A stretch of 64,000 nucleotides of DNA from the NCBI RefSeq assembly GCF_046105845.1, contig NZ_CP151004.1; one strand, written 5' to 3'. Shown here piece by piece: positions 45,823-54,497 of the stretch. Source of the stretch: Escherichia coli (GTDB lineage Bacteria > Pseudomonadota > Gammaproteobacteria > Enterobacterales > Enterobacteriaceae). The translations under genes and the position numbers were made by a program. How positions within the stretch are numbered: position 1 is the stretch's first letter; every line of letters starts with the position of its first letter. Below the pieces are notes generated by a model, which saw nothing but the letters and a program-made list of their open reading frames with translations, was not told the DNA's origin and did not search any database.

Positions 45823-47199
45823 TTACTGACTTTGTTCCACCTTCGTATCCAGTAAAATTACATAGCGATTCAGCAACTGATTTAACCGGGTATCTATCTG
45901 CGTCAACAGCGTCGGCGAAACCTCTCCGGTCTGTTTTTGCTCTTCCAGTTGCCGAAGCAGTTCTTCCAGCGGCGGCTCCTTTAACGACTGCCGGATGCCG
46001 TACACCGCCGTTTTTAGTTCCGAGCCGGTCAGATATCTCCCCTTACGCTCATCCAGTGCATCCAGCTGCGCCGACAGGCGCTGTAGCTGGCTTTGCGCCT
46101 GTGCGTAGCCATTCAATGCCTCAGCAGACATGGCGCTCAGCTCCCGCTGCTTACGCCACTGCGCGTTCAGCGCCCTGACCTGAGGATTATCCGGCCACAG
46201 GGCATCAAGCTGGCGTAGCTGGCGATATCCCTGCTCCAGCGGCCAGCGGGCAGGCAATTTGTTTAACTGCTCCAGCTGCATCTGACTTGCCGCAATTGTT
46301 CTGTCCTGAGCCAGCAGCGCCTTATCCTTTACATCCAGCTTTGCCAGTTCGCCGCTCTCCAGCGACTGCGGCAACGGCATGACAGACAGTTGTATTCGCT
46401 GGATTAGCGCGTCCGGCTGATTAAGCTGCGACCAGCCCCATAATCCTGTTCCGCCGAGACAGGCCATCACAACCATTCCGGCCATAAATATCGGCCATGC
46501 CCGCTGCCGGGAGATTTCAGGGGATGGCACGGATGGACTGGCATCCTTATCGTTTTGCTGAGCGGGTCTGGTTGCAAAAACCGGCTGTGGACTTTCTTCT
46601 GACTTTTTCGGTTGCTTCATTTCCTTGCGGGGTAATTCAGGGGGAGTGATAGTGGTTTCCGCTCCCTGTGGTGCCAGCCGCTCCAGACGTAGCGCCGCAT
46701 TACGAAACTGCCCGGCCAGCACATCCAGTTTCGTCATATGCCACAGTTCACACTGTTGCAGCGTGGTTTCGATGGCGGAAAGATGCTGTACACAACGGTA
46801 AATCTGCGGCAGATCCTGATACTGAATATCCAGCGTTCTCAGTGCCTGCTGCATTTTTTCTGTGACCCAGCTGAGCAGTGATATTCTGGAATGTACCTGT
46901 ACCGGCCAGAAGTCGGCCCATCGCTGGAGCAGTATGTCCAGTGAACCGAGTCCGTCTGCCATCCCTGCCAGCCCCTGCCGTCTGGTTATCGCCAGTACGT
47001 AACAGACCAGCGTCTGTAATTCCACGCCATTTTGCCGGAACAGCGCGAGGCTGAGTTTTTCCACCTGACGCCAGTCCACATCCGGTCGGGCCGGGTGAGT
47101 CAGTTTACTCATTTCAGCCTGCAGTTCACCGGATTCCTTATAAGTACAGGGATCGCCGCCCATGACGAACTGGCTGATAAAATTCGCGTTACTTGCCAT
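45823..47199 (-). CDS. TssA-family (ImpA_N domain) membrane-anchored T6SS accessory protein, TagA/VasL-like
   Basis: 458 aa; N-terminal ImpA_N-like region (GGDPCTYKESGELQAEMSKL...), one central TM helix (AWPIFMAGMVVMACLGGTGLWGW), Q/L-rich coiled-coil C-terminus; last gene of the T6SS block. Confidence 0.6.
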   Translation of the reverse strand: MASNANFISQFVMGGDPCTYKESGELQAEMSKLTHPARPDVDWRQVEKLSLALFRQNGVELQTLVCYVLAITRRQGLAGMADGLGSLDILLQRWADFWPVQVHSRISLLSWVTEKMQQALRTLDIQYQDLPQIYRCVQHLSAIETTLQQCELWHMTKLDVLAGQFRNAALRLERLAPQGAETTITPPELPRKEMKQPKKSEESPQPVFATRPAQQNDKDASPSVPSPEISRQRAWPIFMAGMVVMACLGGTGLWGWSQLNQPDALIQRIQLSVMPLPQSLESGELAKLDVKDKALLAQDRTIAASQMQLEQLNKLPARWPLEQGYRQLRQLDALWPDNPQVRALNAQWRKQRELSAMSAEALNGYAQAQSQLQRLSAQLDALDERKGRYLTGSELKTAVYGIRQSLKEPPLEELLRQLEEQKQTGEVSPTLLTQIDTRLNQLLNRYVILLDTKVEQSQ

Positions 47200-47627
47200 C
47201 AGTACGCCCGCTCCTGCTGTTTGAGATGACGCAGAACAATTCGTCCTTCCGGAGAAAATACGCCATCAAAGCGTATCCAGCCGGTATCGGGAAGCTGCGC
47301 GTGGATCAGGTAATTAAGATGCCCCGGACGGGGCTGGGGGAGTAACTCCACCTGTATCTGACTCAGGCGTGGTTCATAACGCAGCAGCGTTTCTTCAATC
47401 TGACGCATCAGGCCATGAATACCCGCAGCCATCCCCTGATGGATCAGACTGAGATCCGGCAGACCGTAATCCGGCAAATGCGCCAGCGTGCCTGCCCGAC
47501 AGTTGATAATGCGTTGCATATTGTCCATCACGGAAAGGATAAGCTGATCCCGCTCGCTGACCTGTTCCAGTGGTAACTCGCCGCTGAAACTGAACGTCAG
47601 CATTTCATATAAGGAAGGTGTCGACAT
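47199..47627 (-). CDS. tssE: T6SS baseplate protein TssE (gp25-like)
   Basis: 142 aa, size and position between tssJ and the TagA-like gene with a 1-nt overlap; family call by context. Confidence 0.7.
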   Translation of the reverse strand: MSTPSLYEMLTFSFSGELPLEQVSERDQLILSVMDNMQRIINCRAGTLAHLPDYGLPDLSLIHQGMAAGIHGLMRQIEETLLRYEPRLSQIQVELLPQPRPGHLNYLIHAQLPDTGWIRFDGVFSPEGRIVLRHLKQQERAY

Positions 47628-47630
47628 CGG

Positions 47631-48167
47631 TTATTTATCCTTGAGAGGCAGCAGTCGCAGGTCGCTTCTCATCAGTTCAATCGAGCGCGGCTTGTCGGCC
47701 TCCAGTTCGTCCCTTTTGATCACCAGACGCCAGCTGTCGCTTTTTTCATCAGGGTGATAAAACTGCCCGATAATGGCGACAAACTGCGTCTCTTTATCCA
47801 GCGGCTCATTCAGGGATGCCGTGCCTTCCGGTTTTACCCAGACGGTGTGTTTTGCCAGTACGTCCTTCTCCAGCGTCTTCTCTTCCTGCATAAACAGGGT
47901 GTCATAATCCGCCTTGTCAAAATCTTCGCGGGTTTTCAGTTGCCAGACATGCACCATCGTGGAAAGCGGCGTATCTTCCGCATCCGTATTCAGGGCACTT
48001 CGGGAGAAGAAATCGAGATGCAGTATTTTGATTTGCTTGTAGAAAACGGCTGAGGCCACGCTTTTCGATTCATCCACCACTTTCTGAATCAGCCCGCAGC
48101 CACTCAGAACAACCGTCAGCATCGCCATACAGAGCAGCGCCGGACGTTTAAAACGAATAGGAAACAT
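47631..48167 (-). CDS. tssJ: T6SS outer-membrane lipoprotein TssJ
   Basis: 178 aa; lipoprotein signal with lipobox LSGC (MFPIRFKRPALLCMAMLTVVLSGC). Confidence 0.7.
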   Translation of the reverse strand: MFPIRFKRPALLCMAMLTVVLSGCGLIQKVVDESKSVASAVFYKQIKILHLDFFSRSALNTDAEDTPLSTMVHVWQLKTREDFDKADYDTLFMQEEKTLEKDVLAKHTVWVKPEGTASLNEPLDKETQFVAIIGQFYHPDEKSDSWRLVIKRDELEADKPRSIELMRSDLRLLPLKDK

Positions 48168-49236
48168 GAGTCATACACTCCCTGTTACGAATGGATAAAG
48201 CGGGTATTAATCCCTGATAACGCCCCAGACTGACCGTCACTGTTCCGGTCGCGGGCGCGGCAAAGGAGGCGCGAAGGATGCCGGTACGGCTAATCTGTAC
48301 GCGCTGTTTTCCCAGCCGGGCAGCAGGCAACAGGCTGACGGGCAGTGTCAGTTGCAGACGGGCCTGACAGCGCCAGCCCAGATAAACGCGCAGCAGTACC
48401 AGCAAATCGCTGTGCAGCTGTCCGCCAGGCAGCCAGCCACGCGCTTCTGCGGCATCTTCGGTATACAGTTTCAGCAGCAACTGGCTGTTGACGTCGGTGC
48501 CGGTACGCCCCAGCAGCGTTCGCGTTTTCAGGCTGATGCGTGAATTTTTTGACAGACCCGCAGGGGCCGGGAGAATAACAGGCTGCGGATCATGAGGCAC
48601 CACCGTCGCTTTCGTCAGCGGGGCAAGCAGTCCCACCAGTGCCGTAACGCCTTCCGCCGTGCGCGTCGGCAGGCGCATCACGCTGAGCAGGGCCAGAAAA
48701 CGGGATACCGGCGTGGCGATATGGTTCTCGCTGCCGGGAATACCCAGCCCGATGAGTCCCAGCAGACAACGGGAAATGTCATCCACAGCACCTGCTTCAA
48801 ACGACGCCGGGTAGTTATATTTGCGCCAGATGCGGTAATACTGGGTGATAAAGCGGTGGTTAAAAATATCGAGAAACGCCATCACTGCGTCATGTCCGTC
48901 ATGACGCTGGGTAATGTAGTCCAGATAGGCGGTTGGCAGCGGCGAATCCACGCCGTACAGGCCGAAAAAGGTGGTGCGCACCGTGGGTGGTGCGTCGGGA
49001 TTGTCCACGTCACGTTCAACGTTCTTTAACTCGCTGACCGGAAAGCCCATTCCGGGATGGGGACGAAAGCGCACCGCATCGGCGGCGGGGCTGTCGGTAC
49101 TGCCCAGCGGCGCTTTCTGTTGGCTCTGTTCCAGCAACTGGCAAAAACGGTAAAAATTGATCCGCGCAATATCCGGGGCCAGCCGGTCGGTCAGCCCGGT
49201 ACGCGCTGGCTGTGATGCTCTGTCCATTGCAGGCAC
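48148..49236 (-). CDS. tssG: T6SS baseplate protein TssG
   Basis: 362 aa; N-terminal F.F.Q.LE-type motif (INFYRFCQLLEQ); follows tssF with overlap. Confidence 0.75.
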   Translation of the reverse strand: MPAMDRASQPARTGLTDRLAPDIARINFYRFCQLLEQSQQKAPLGSTDSPAADAVRFRPHPGMGFPVSELKNVERDVDNPDAPPTVRTTFFGLYGVDSPLPTAYLDYITQRHDGHDAVMAFLDIFNHRFITQYYRIWRKYNYPASFEAGAVDDISRCLLGLIGLGIPGSENHIATPVSRFLALLSVMRLPTRTAEGVTALVGLLAPLTKATVVPHDPQPVILPAPAGLSKNSRISLKTRTLLGRTGTDVNSQLLLKLYTEDAAEARGWLPGGQLHSDLLVLLRVYLGWRCQARLQLTLPVSLLPAARLGKQRVQISRTGILRASFAAPATGTVTVSLGRYQGLIPALSIRNRECMTHVSYSF

Positions 49237-50951
49237 TTTCCTGTGGGTTGCAGAATTAAGGTCAGTTGAGTGAATAAGTGGATATCGGCATACAGTGCGA
49301 AGAAGCGGTGCAGCAGTTCACCAAACAGTGTGATATCACCTTCTCCGGCAAAGCCGTTACTGTCCAGCGTTACCTGAATATCCACGCCACGCAGCAGAAA
49401 GCCTCTTTCAAAACGCTGTATCAGGCTGTGCTGAACGTCGACAATCGCCTCCAGACGACGGCGGTTCATCTCGCTTTCGGTCCAGTCGTACAACGCCAGC
49501 GTGCCGCGCACAATTTCGGCGTTATCCATCATCGATAAAAAGTTAGAACCAAGGTGGCTGAGCACCCGCCAGTGGAAGCGGTCACGCGCCGGGGGATAGC
49601 AGGGCTGCGTCGGGGCGCACAGGTTGCGCACCCGCAGGACGTTCTGTGAGGCGTGGACTGGCGTATCGAGTAGCGTGCTCTGTAAAGCTTTACGGGGAAG
49701 CTGCCCGTTAGTGCCGGTCAGACTTAAGGACAGAGTTTCATCCTCCAGCATCCGGTCAGAATCAAACGCATCGCCGCCCAGAATCAGCCAGGTATCATGC
49801 AGGCCGGAAGGGCCGCGCTTAACCCGCGTATGGTAATAACGTTCCGGCGCATCGTGGCGCAGCATCCCGCCCCGGTGACGAAAGCTGGAGAATGGCACAT
49901 ACGCCTGACTGCCGGTATGGCGCGAAGAAATAATGTTGTCGACGGAATAAATCTCGGTATGCCCGTCCTGAATTCGCATCGGGCGCAGCAGAAATTCGTT
50001 TTCCAGTGGCGAAAGGTGTAACGGATCGGCTTCCAGCGGGAACAGGTTGATAACCGGCACGCAGTGCAGGCGGAGATTGTCGGTATTAAACGGCAAATCA
50101 TGAGGCCAGCTTTCCGCCAGCACCACGTCAATCTCAAAGCCGGTTATCCCTTCCGGCCAGATGACGTTCTCCAGCCCGTTGAGTGCCACAAACATAAACT
50201 TCTCGCGGAAGGTGAAATACTCCAGCAGCAACTGGTAGCCGCTGAACGCCGACTCGCCTTTTGGCCAGAGCCTGTCATTATCCTCAAAGCCCAACGGGGA
50301 AAAGTGTGCGTCAAGCGTCCGGCGATCCTGCCCCGGCAGACGCAACCAGAACTGCTGCGTACCAAGCGTTAAAGCCCGGTGCAGCGCACAGGCCACCGGA
50401 CTGTCGGCATTGAGATAGAGCGGCAGGCGGGATAAATCGATCTGTGACCAGTCACCGACCAGCGGGCCGCATTCAAAGCGCAGACGAATAACCGAACGTC
50501 CGTCCGGTTCATATTGCAATGACACGTCCGGCAACGCCAGCGGATGCAGCGTGATATCCCGCGTGGCGCTGTAGAAACAGCGGGTTCTGCGCTCGCCAAC
50601 AGGGCGCGACAATACCTGAAAATCGCTCAGCGTTTCGCTCTGCTTCATCTGCCGGTGATCTGTCGACAGTTCAACCACGGAAAGTGACGGGATAGTTCGC
50701 AGGTAGTGAGGCCACAGCAGGCTGACCAGCCCTTCAGTCAGCTCCGGCAGATCGTCGTCCAGCTTCTCGCGCAGGCGGCCCATTAAAAAAGCAAAGCCTT
50801 CGAACAGGCGTTCCACATAGGGATCGCGTGCGCCGGGTTTATCAAGATTGAGCATCGCGGCGCGGTCGGGGTAAGCCTGCGCAAATTCTTTCCCCGCTTC
50901 ACGCAGGTAGCGCATTTCGGCTTCGTAGTAGCGTTGGGTTAAGTCGTCCAT
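49191..50951 (-). CDS. tssF: T6SS baseplate protein TssF
   Basis: About 590 aa; start placed at the ATG of MDDLTQRYYEAEMRYL (the ORF track begins at an upstream TTG, 50990); tssF-tssG pairing. Confidence 0.75.
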   Translation of the reverse strand: MDDLTQRYYEAEMRYLREAGKEFAQAYPDRAAMLNLDKPGARDPYVERLFEGFAFLMGRLREKLDDDLPELTEGLVSLLWPHYLRTIPSLSVVELSTDHRQMKQSETLSDFQVLSRPVGERRTRCFYSATRDITLHPLALPDVSLQYEPDGRSVIRLRFECGPLVGDWSQIDLSRLPLYLNADSPVACALHRALTLGTQQFWLRLPGQDRRTLDAHFSPLGFEDNDRLWPKGESAFSGYQLLLEYFTFREKFMFVALNGLENVIWPEGITGFEIDVVLAESWPHDLPFNTDNLRLHCVPVINLFPLEADPLHLSPLENEFLLRPMRIQDGHTEIYSVDNIISSRHTGSQAYVPFSSFRHRGGMLRHDAPERYYHTRVKRGPSGLHDTWLILGGDAFDSDRMLEDETLSLSLTGTNGQLPRKALQSTLLDTPVHASQNVLRVRNLCAPTQPCYPPARDRFHWRVLSHLGSNFLSMMDNAEIVRGTLALYDWTESEMNRRRLEAIVDVQHSLIQRFERGFLLRGVDIQVTLDSNGFAGEGDITLFGELLHRFFALYADIHLFTQLTLILQPTGKCLQWTEHHSQRVPG

Positions 50952-51026
50952 CGGAGGATTTATCTTTCCTTTTATTGAAATTAATACCAACGAGTAGTGA
51001 GATTAGAATTTTTTATTTTCAGAATC

Positions 51027-51431
51027 CTAAGGACATATAGATGGATCATTTATTTCAAAAGAAAAATCGGACTCCATACTAGATGAGGATTTTTTCAATA
51101 AAGAGGAGATATGATATCCAGATAAAGTTTTAGAATTGTTACCATCAGATATCAAAATACTAAGTTCAGAAACAATATTTACAGGGTTTTTATTAAAAAC
51201 ATCTGACTCTCTACCTGTGTAAATAAAGTATACAATTGGCTTCCGCTCTCCGATATCAAGATGAAAATTATCTCTTACTTTACCATCATAATGTGTTGAA
51301 TTATTGACCGTCGAAATGTTAATAGATACTTTGCATGTATTTACCATGACAATGGAACAAGAATAGAATGGTTGAGATAAACATCCAGCACACAGCGTAC
51401 ATAATAAAAAAAAGAATATTAATCTAGTCAT
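51027..51431 (-). CDS. lipoprotein-like secreted protein; candidate immunity protein for the upstream PAAR toxin
   Basis: 134 aa; N-terminal signal peptide with Cys cluster (MTRLIFFFLLCTLCAGC...); start overlaps the stop of the PAAR-HExxH gene by 8 nt; AT-rich. Confidence 0.4.
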   Translation of the reverse strand: MTRLIFFFLLCTLCAGCLSQPFYSCSIVMVNTCKVSINISTVNNSTHYDGKVRDNFHLDIGERKPIVYFIYTGRESDVFNKNPVNIVSELSILISDGNNSKTLSGYHISSLLKKSSSSMESDFSFEINDPSICP

Positions 51432-52863
51432 GAAATTTCACCCGAGATAACCATATCATTGCACATACATCGTTTTCGACAGCAACCGACCTTGCATATA
51501 GATCACTGGTGTATATATGCCCATTATAATATTTCATTAAATCTATCTCGCCAGTTCCTGGATAAACTGAATGAGGCAGTGCATATTGAGGTGGTACAAG
51601 ATTAGAGGTCCCTTTATGCTCCCATGAATACGTATTCCCACCGTAACTTTTTAATATCATATGACCAGTCTCATGGGCTACATCAAGTTTAAATTCTAAT
51701 CCAGCCTTAAAAACAGGATCCGCGCCTTTCTGATACCCACGGCCATATTCATAATACCCCCTATTGAAATAAATGTTCATACGTCCCATAAAAGCACTAG
51801 ACCTGACGCTTTCTAGATCTTGCTCCTCAATTAAATCAAAAGAATCCATGGCTGGATCAATATTTATTGATACAGAGATATTTACATTATATTTACCGTG
51901 CGGAGTAGTAATATTATTGCCAATTCCGGGATTCCTCATTCCATTTCGTGCCCAATAATACTCTATTCCATCCTTGGCAAGTTGCTTTAATTTTTCAAAC
52001 CCTACAGGTGCAATACGATCATCTTTATGACTCACACCATCATCTTCAAATTCTACTCGCCAACTGACATCAACTATTTTTTGATTCTTGTCTACTTTTA
52101 CATCAATCCAATCTTCCTCATTCGCAGAAGTTTTCAATGGATAATCAACTTTTATCATCATATCACCACATAAAGCAATCAGTCTTACGAGTAGTGATTT
52201 GCTTTTTAGCTTAGTTGTATCCAGTATGTCTTGATTACTGTAGCCATCCCATTGCCAGGCATGCTCTCCCTTATCAAAATATTTACCGGTCTGCTGTTCA
52301 CTATAAATCACTTCATTACCATCAAGCACTTCCAGAGAAAGCGCTTCAGCCTCATCGCCTTTATTTGTGATGGTAAAATCTATTTTTTCTGTATTCTTCG
52401 TACTACCACCGCTAATCATTTCTTTATAATCAGGTATATTCAATGGCGTCAGTATCTTATTACCTGATAATTTAATTCTGTAATCCAGTTTTACATCATC
52501 TGAGGATGAATCAGAACCAGAAGTCAGATCCTTTTTCGCCGACTGCGCATGTTGTTCCGCTTCACTTCCCCCGTCATCCGTCTCATACACATCATCCATC
52601 ATTGACGCAATAAATCGCGCCTTACACGGGCAACTGCTCTGACTGTCCAGCGATCCCGCCATCAGCCTGCCGTGAATATCCGTTTCCGGCACGCCGCCGA
52701 CGATAATAAACATCCCCGAATGTTTACCGCAGGTCACTCTGTCCATATCCCGCGCCTGCGGGATACCCATGATCGTATGGTCGTCCGCCCCTTCAATAAT
52801 TTTGCCGCCGCAGGTGGTCTTATCGCCCCTGACCAGAAAATAGCCTCTTCCCATCGTCATCAC
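51424..52863 (-). CDS. PAAR-domain protein with C-terminal HExxH (putative zinc metallopeptidase-like) toxin domain
   Basis: 479 aa. The N-terminal ~90 aa fit the PAAR pattern (RGDKTTCGGKIIEGADDHTIMGIPQARDMDRVTCGKHSGMFIIVGG); then an acidic/Ser-rich linker; the C-terminal region contains HETGH. Start overlaps the tssA stop. Confidence 0.65.
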   Translation of the reverse strand: MMTMGRGYFLVRGDKTTCGGKIIEGADDHTIMGIPQARDMDRVTCGKHSGMFIIVGGVPETDIHGRLMAGSLDSQSSCPCKARFIASMMDDVYETDDGGSEAEQHAQSAKKDLTSGSDSSSDDVKLDYRIKLSGNKILTPLNIPDYKEMISGGSTKNTEKIDFTITNKGDEAEALSLEVLDGNEVIYSEQQTGKYFDKGEHAWQWDGYSNQDILDTTKLKSKSLLVRLIALCGDMMIKVDYPLKTSANEEDWIDVKVDKNQKIVDVSWRVEFEDDGVSHKDDRIAPVGFEKLKQLAKDGIEYYWARNGMRNPGIGNNITTPHGKYNVNISVSINIDPAMDSFDLIEEQDLESVRSSAFMGRMNIYFNRGYYEYGRGYQKGADPVFKAGLEFKLDVAHETGHMILKSYGGNTYSWEHKGTSNLVPPQYALPHSVYPGTGEIDLMKYYNGHIYTSDLYARSVAVENDVCAMIWLSRVKFHD

Positions 52864-54497
52864 TCCTTATGCTGCGTATCACACAGTACCGCTGCCCGTA
52901 CCGGATCGATTGTCACCAGCGTTCCCAGCAGGATTTCCATTTTTCGGTTCAGCAGGGCTTTATCCGCATAGCGGTGCGCCCGCAGGCGCAGCAGTTTCAG
53001 TTGCCGGGCTTTTACCTCAAACAGCAGTTCCGGCTCCCACTGCGTCAGCGTTATTCCCTGTGCGGCGGTATCCAGTTCTTCCAGCAGCAGGAGTGCCATC
53101 TCGTTTTTACCGTACTGTTCCGCCACCCGCGCCATCAGCAGCCGCAATAACAGGCGCTGTCGTGCCGTGGTGATGCCCGGACGGGTCTGTATCCAGCCCA
53201 GCGCCGCTTCCACGCCCTGACTGTCTGCCATCTCCAGTGCTTCCGGCTCCAGCGCCAGTACGTCATTTGTGGCGTCGTCTGTCGGTACAGCGGCTTTCCC
53301 CGCAAGCCATGCGCCGTCTTCCCGCATCATGACCTGCTGCGCTATCCAGTTGCGCGTCACCTCATCGGCGAACGGTGTGCCGTCGTTCCATGCCAGATTT
53401 TCCAGCCCCGGCAGGCGTTCCAGCAGTAACGCCAAGTCCTGACGGATAACGGCTGTCCACCTGTCCCACGGTACGCCCGCCTTAGTCAGCGCCTGATGCA
53501 GATACCACTGAATGTCCAGCCAGAAATGGCTGACGCCGGTGCTGAACATCAGGTCGGCCTGCTCCAGCAGTTCCGTCCAGTTCTGCTGGGCATACAGCCG
53601 CTTAAGCTGATTGCGTGACTCGGTGCGCGGCGGGGCCAGCCGGGTTTTGCCGTCCACATCCGGCGGCAGTTCATGCACCGTGTCCCAGCGCAGGGTTTTC
53701 ATCAGCCGGTGCGCCGAAAGCCAGCCCTGCGGCTGTTCATTCAGATAACGGGCCAGCACTTTCGCCTGGTCGAGCAGGTCACGCCCGGAGGTGATGGTCT
53801 GTACCTGTGGCGCATCCACCGGGGATGACGGTGCAGGAACGCTGCTGCTGTTTTGCGGCACCACTGCGTTCATCCCTCCCGACTGCGCCAGACGCGATTC
53901 CAGCGCGTTAATCAGCGGCATCAGGGAGGGGGAATGCTGGTCTTCGGGCCATGCAGTGAAGGAAACCGTCAACTGACTGAGGGCAGCAACAATGTTCGCA
54001 AAATCCTCTTTTGCCACTTCCGGGTAGCGGGCAAGGCTGTCGAGCATCTTTTCCCCCGCCAGCCACTCCAGCGCCATTTTCCGGCTGGCCGGTCGCGAGG
54101 GCAGCAGTTGCGTACCGAAGCGTTCCACCAGTCCGGTCAGCAGCGCCAGTCCTTCCGCCAGTCCGCGCTCACCGTCGCGGTGCAGTCGCGCCCAGATGTA
54201 GTAAGTGGCGATGCGCACGTCTTTTGCCTGCGTCAGCAGCAGGGATTCGGCAAGCTGGCAGATGAGGTCCGTATCCGCGCCGGAAAGTTTGTTCATCTCG
54301 TCGCGGATACGCAGAAAATCGTCGTGGTAGCCGGGGTCTTCCCCGACCGGCGTATCTGTCGTCACCGGCAGCAGCCATGTCTGCCACAGTGCCGCCTGTG
54401 CTCGCGCCACATCCAGTGCATCCCGGTCGGCAAAACAGCTACGGGTCAGCTTTTGCAACAGTTCACTCATCGGCGTCTTCCCCGTATTCTTCCGCAT
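52860..54497 (-). CDS. tssA: T6SS protein TssA
   Basis: 545 aa; ImpA_N signature (PVGEDPGYHDDFLRIRDEMNKL); immediately downstream of tssM with overlap. Confidence 0.75.
   Translation of the reverse strand: MRKNTGKTPMSELLQKLTRSCFADRDALDVARAQAALWQTWLLPVTTDTPVGEDPGYHDDFLRIRDEMNKLSGADTDLICQLAESLLLTQAKDVRIATYYIWARLHRDGERGLAEGLALLTGLVERFGTQLLPSRPASRKMALEWLAGEKMLDSLARYPEVAKEDFANIVAALSQLTVSFTAWPEDQHSPSLMPLINALESRLAQSGGMNAVVPQNSSSVPAPSSPVDAPQVQTITSGRDLLDQAKVLARYLNEQPQGWLSAHRLMKTLRWDTVHELPPDVDGKTRLAPPRTESRNQLKRLYAQQNWTELLEQADLMFSTGVSHFWLDIQWYLHQALTKAGVPWDRWTAVIRQDLALLLERLPGLENLAWNDGTPFADEVTRNWIAQQVMMREDGAWLAGKAAVPTDDATNDVLALEPEALEMADSQGVEAALGWIQTRPGITTARQRLLLRLLMARVAEQYGKNEMALLLLEELDTAAQGITLTQWEPELLFEVKARQLKLLRLRAHRYADKALLNRKMEILLGTLVTIDPVRAAVLCDTQHKE

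Noticed and set aside
45107-45830. Expected tRNA-Asp (aspV) at the T6SS island boundary next to yafV
   Set aside because: No cloverleaf or tRNA-Asp sequence is present in this interval; aspV, if it is the integration site, must lie beyond the window end.
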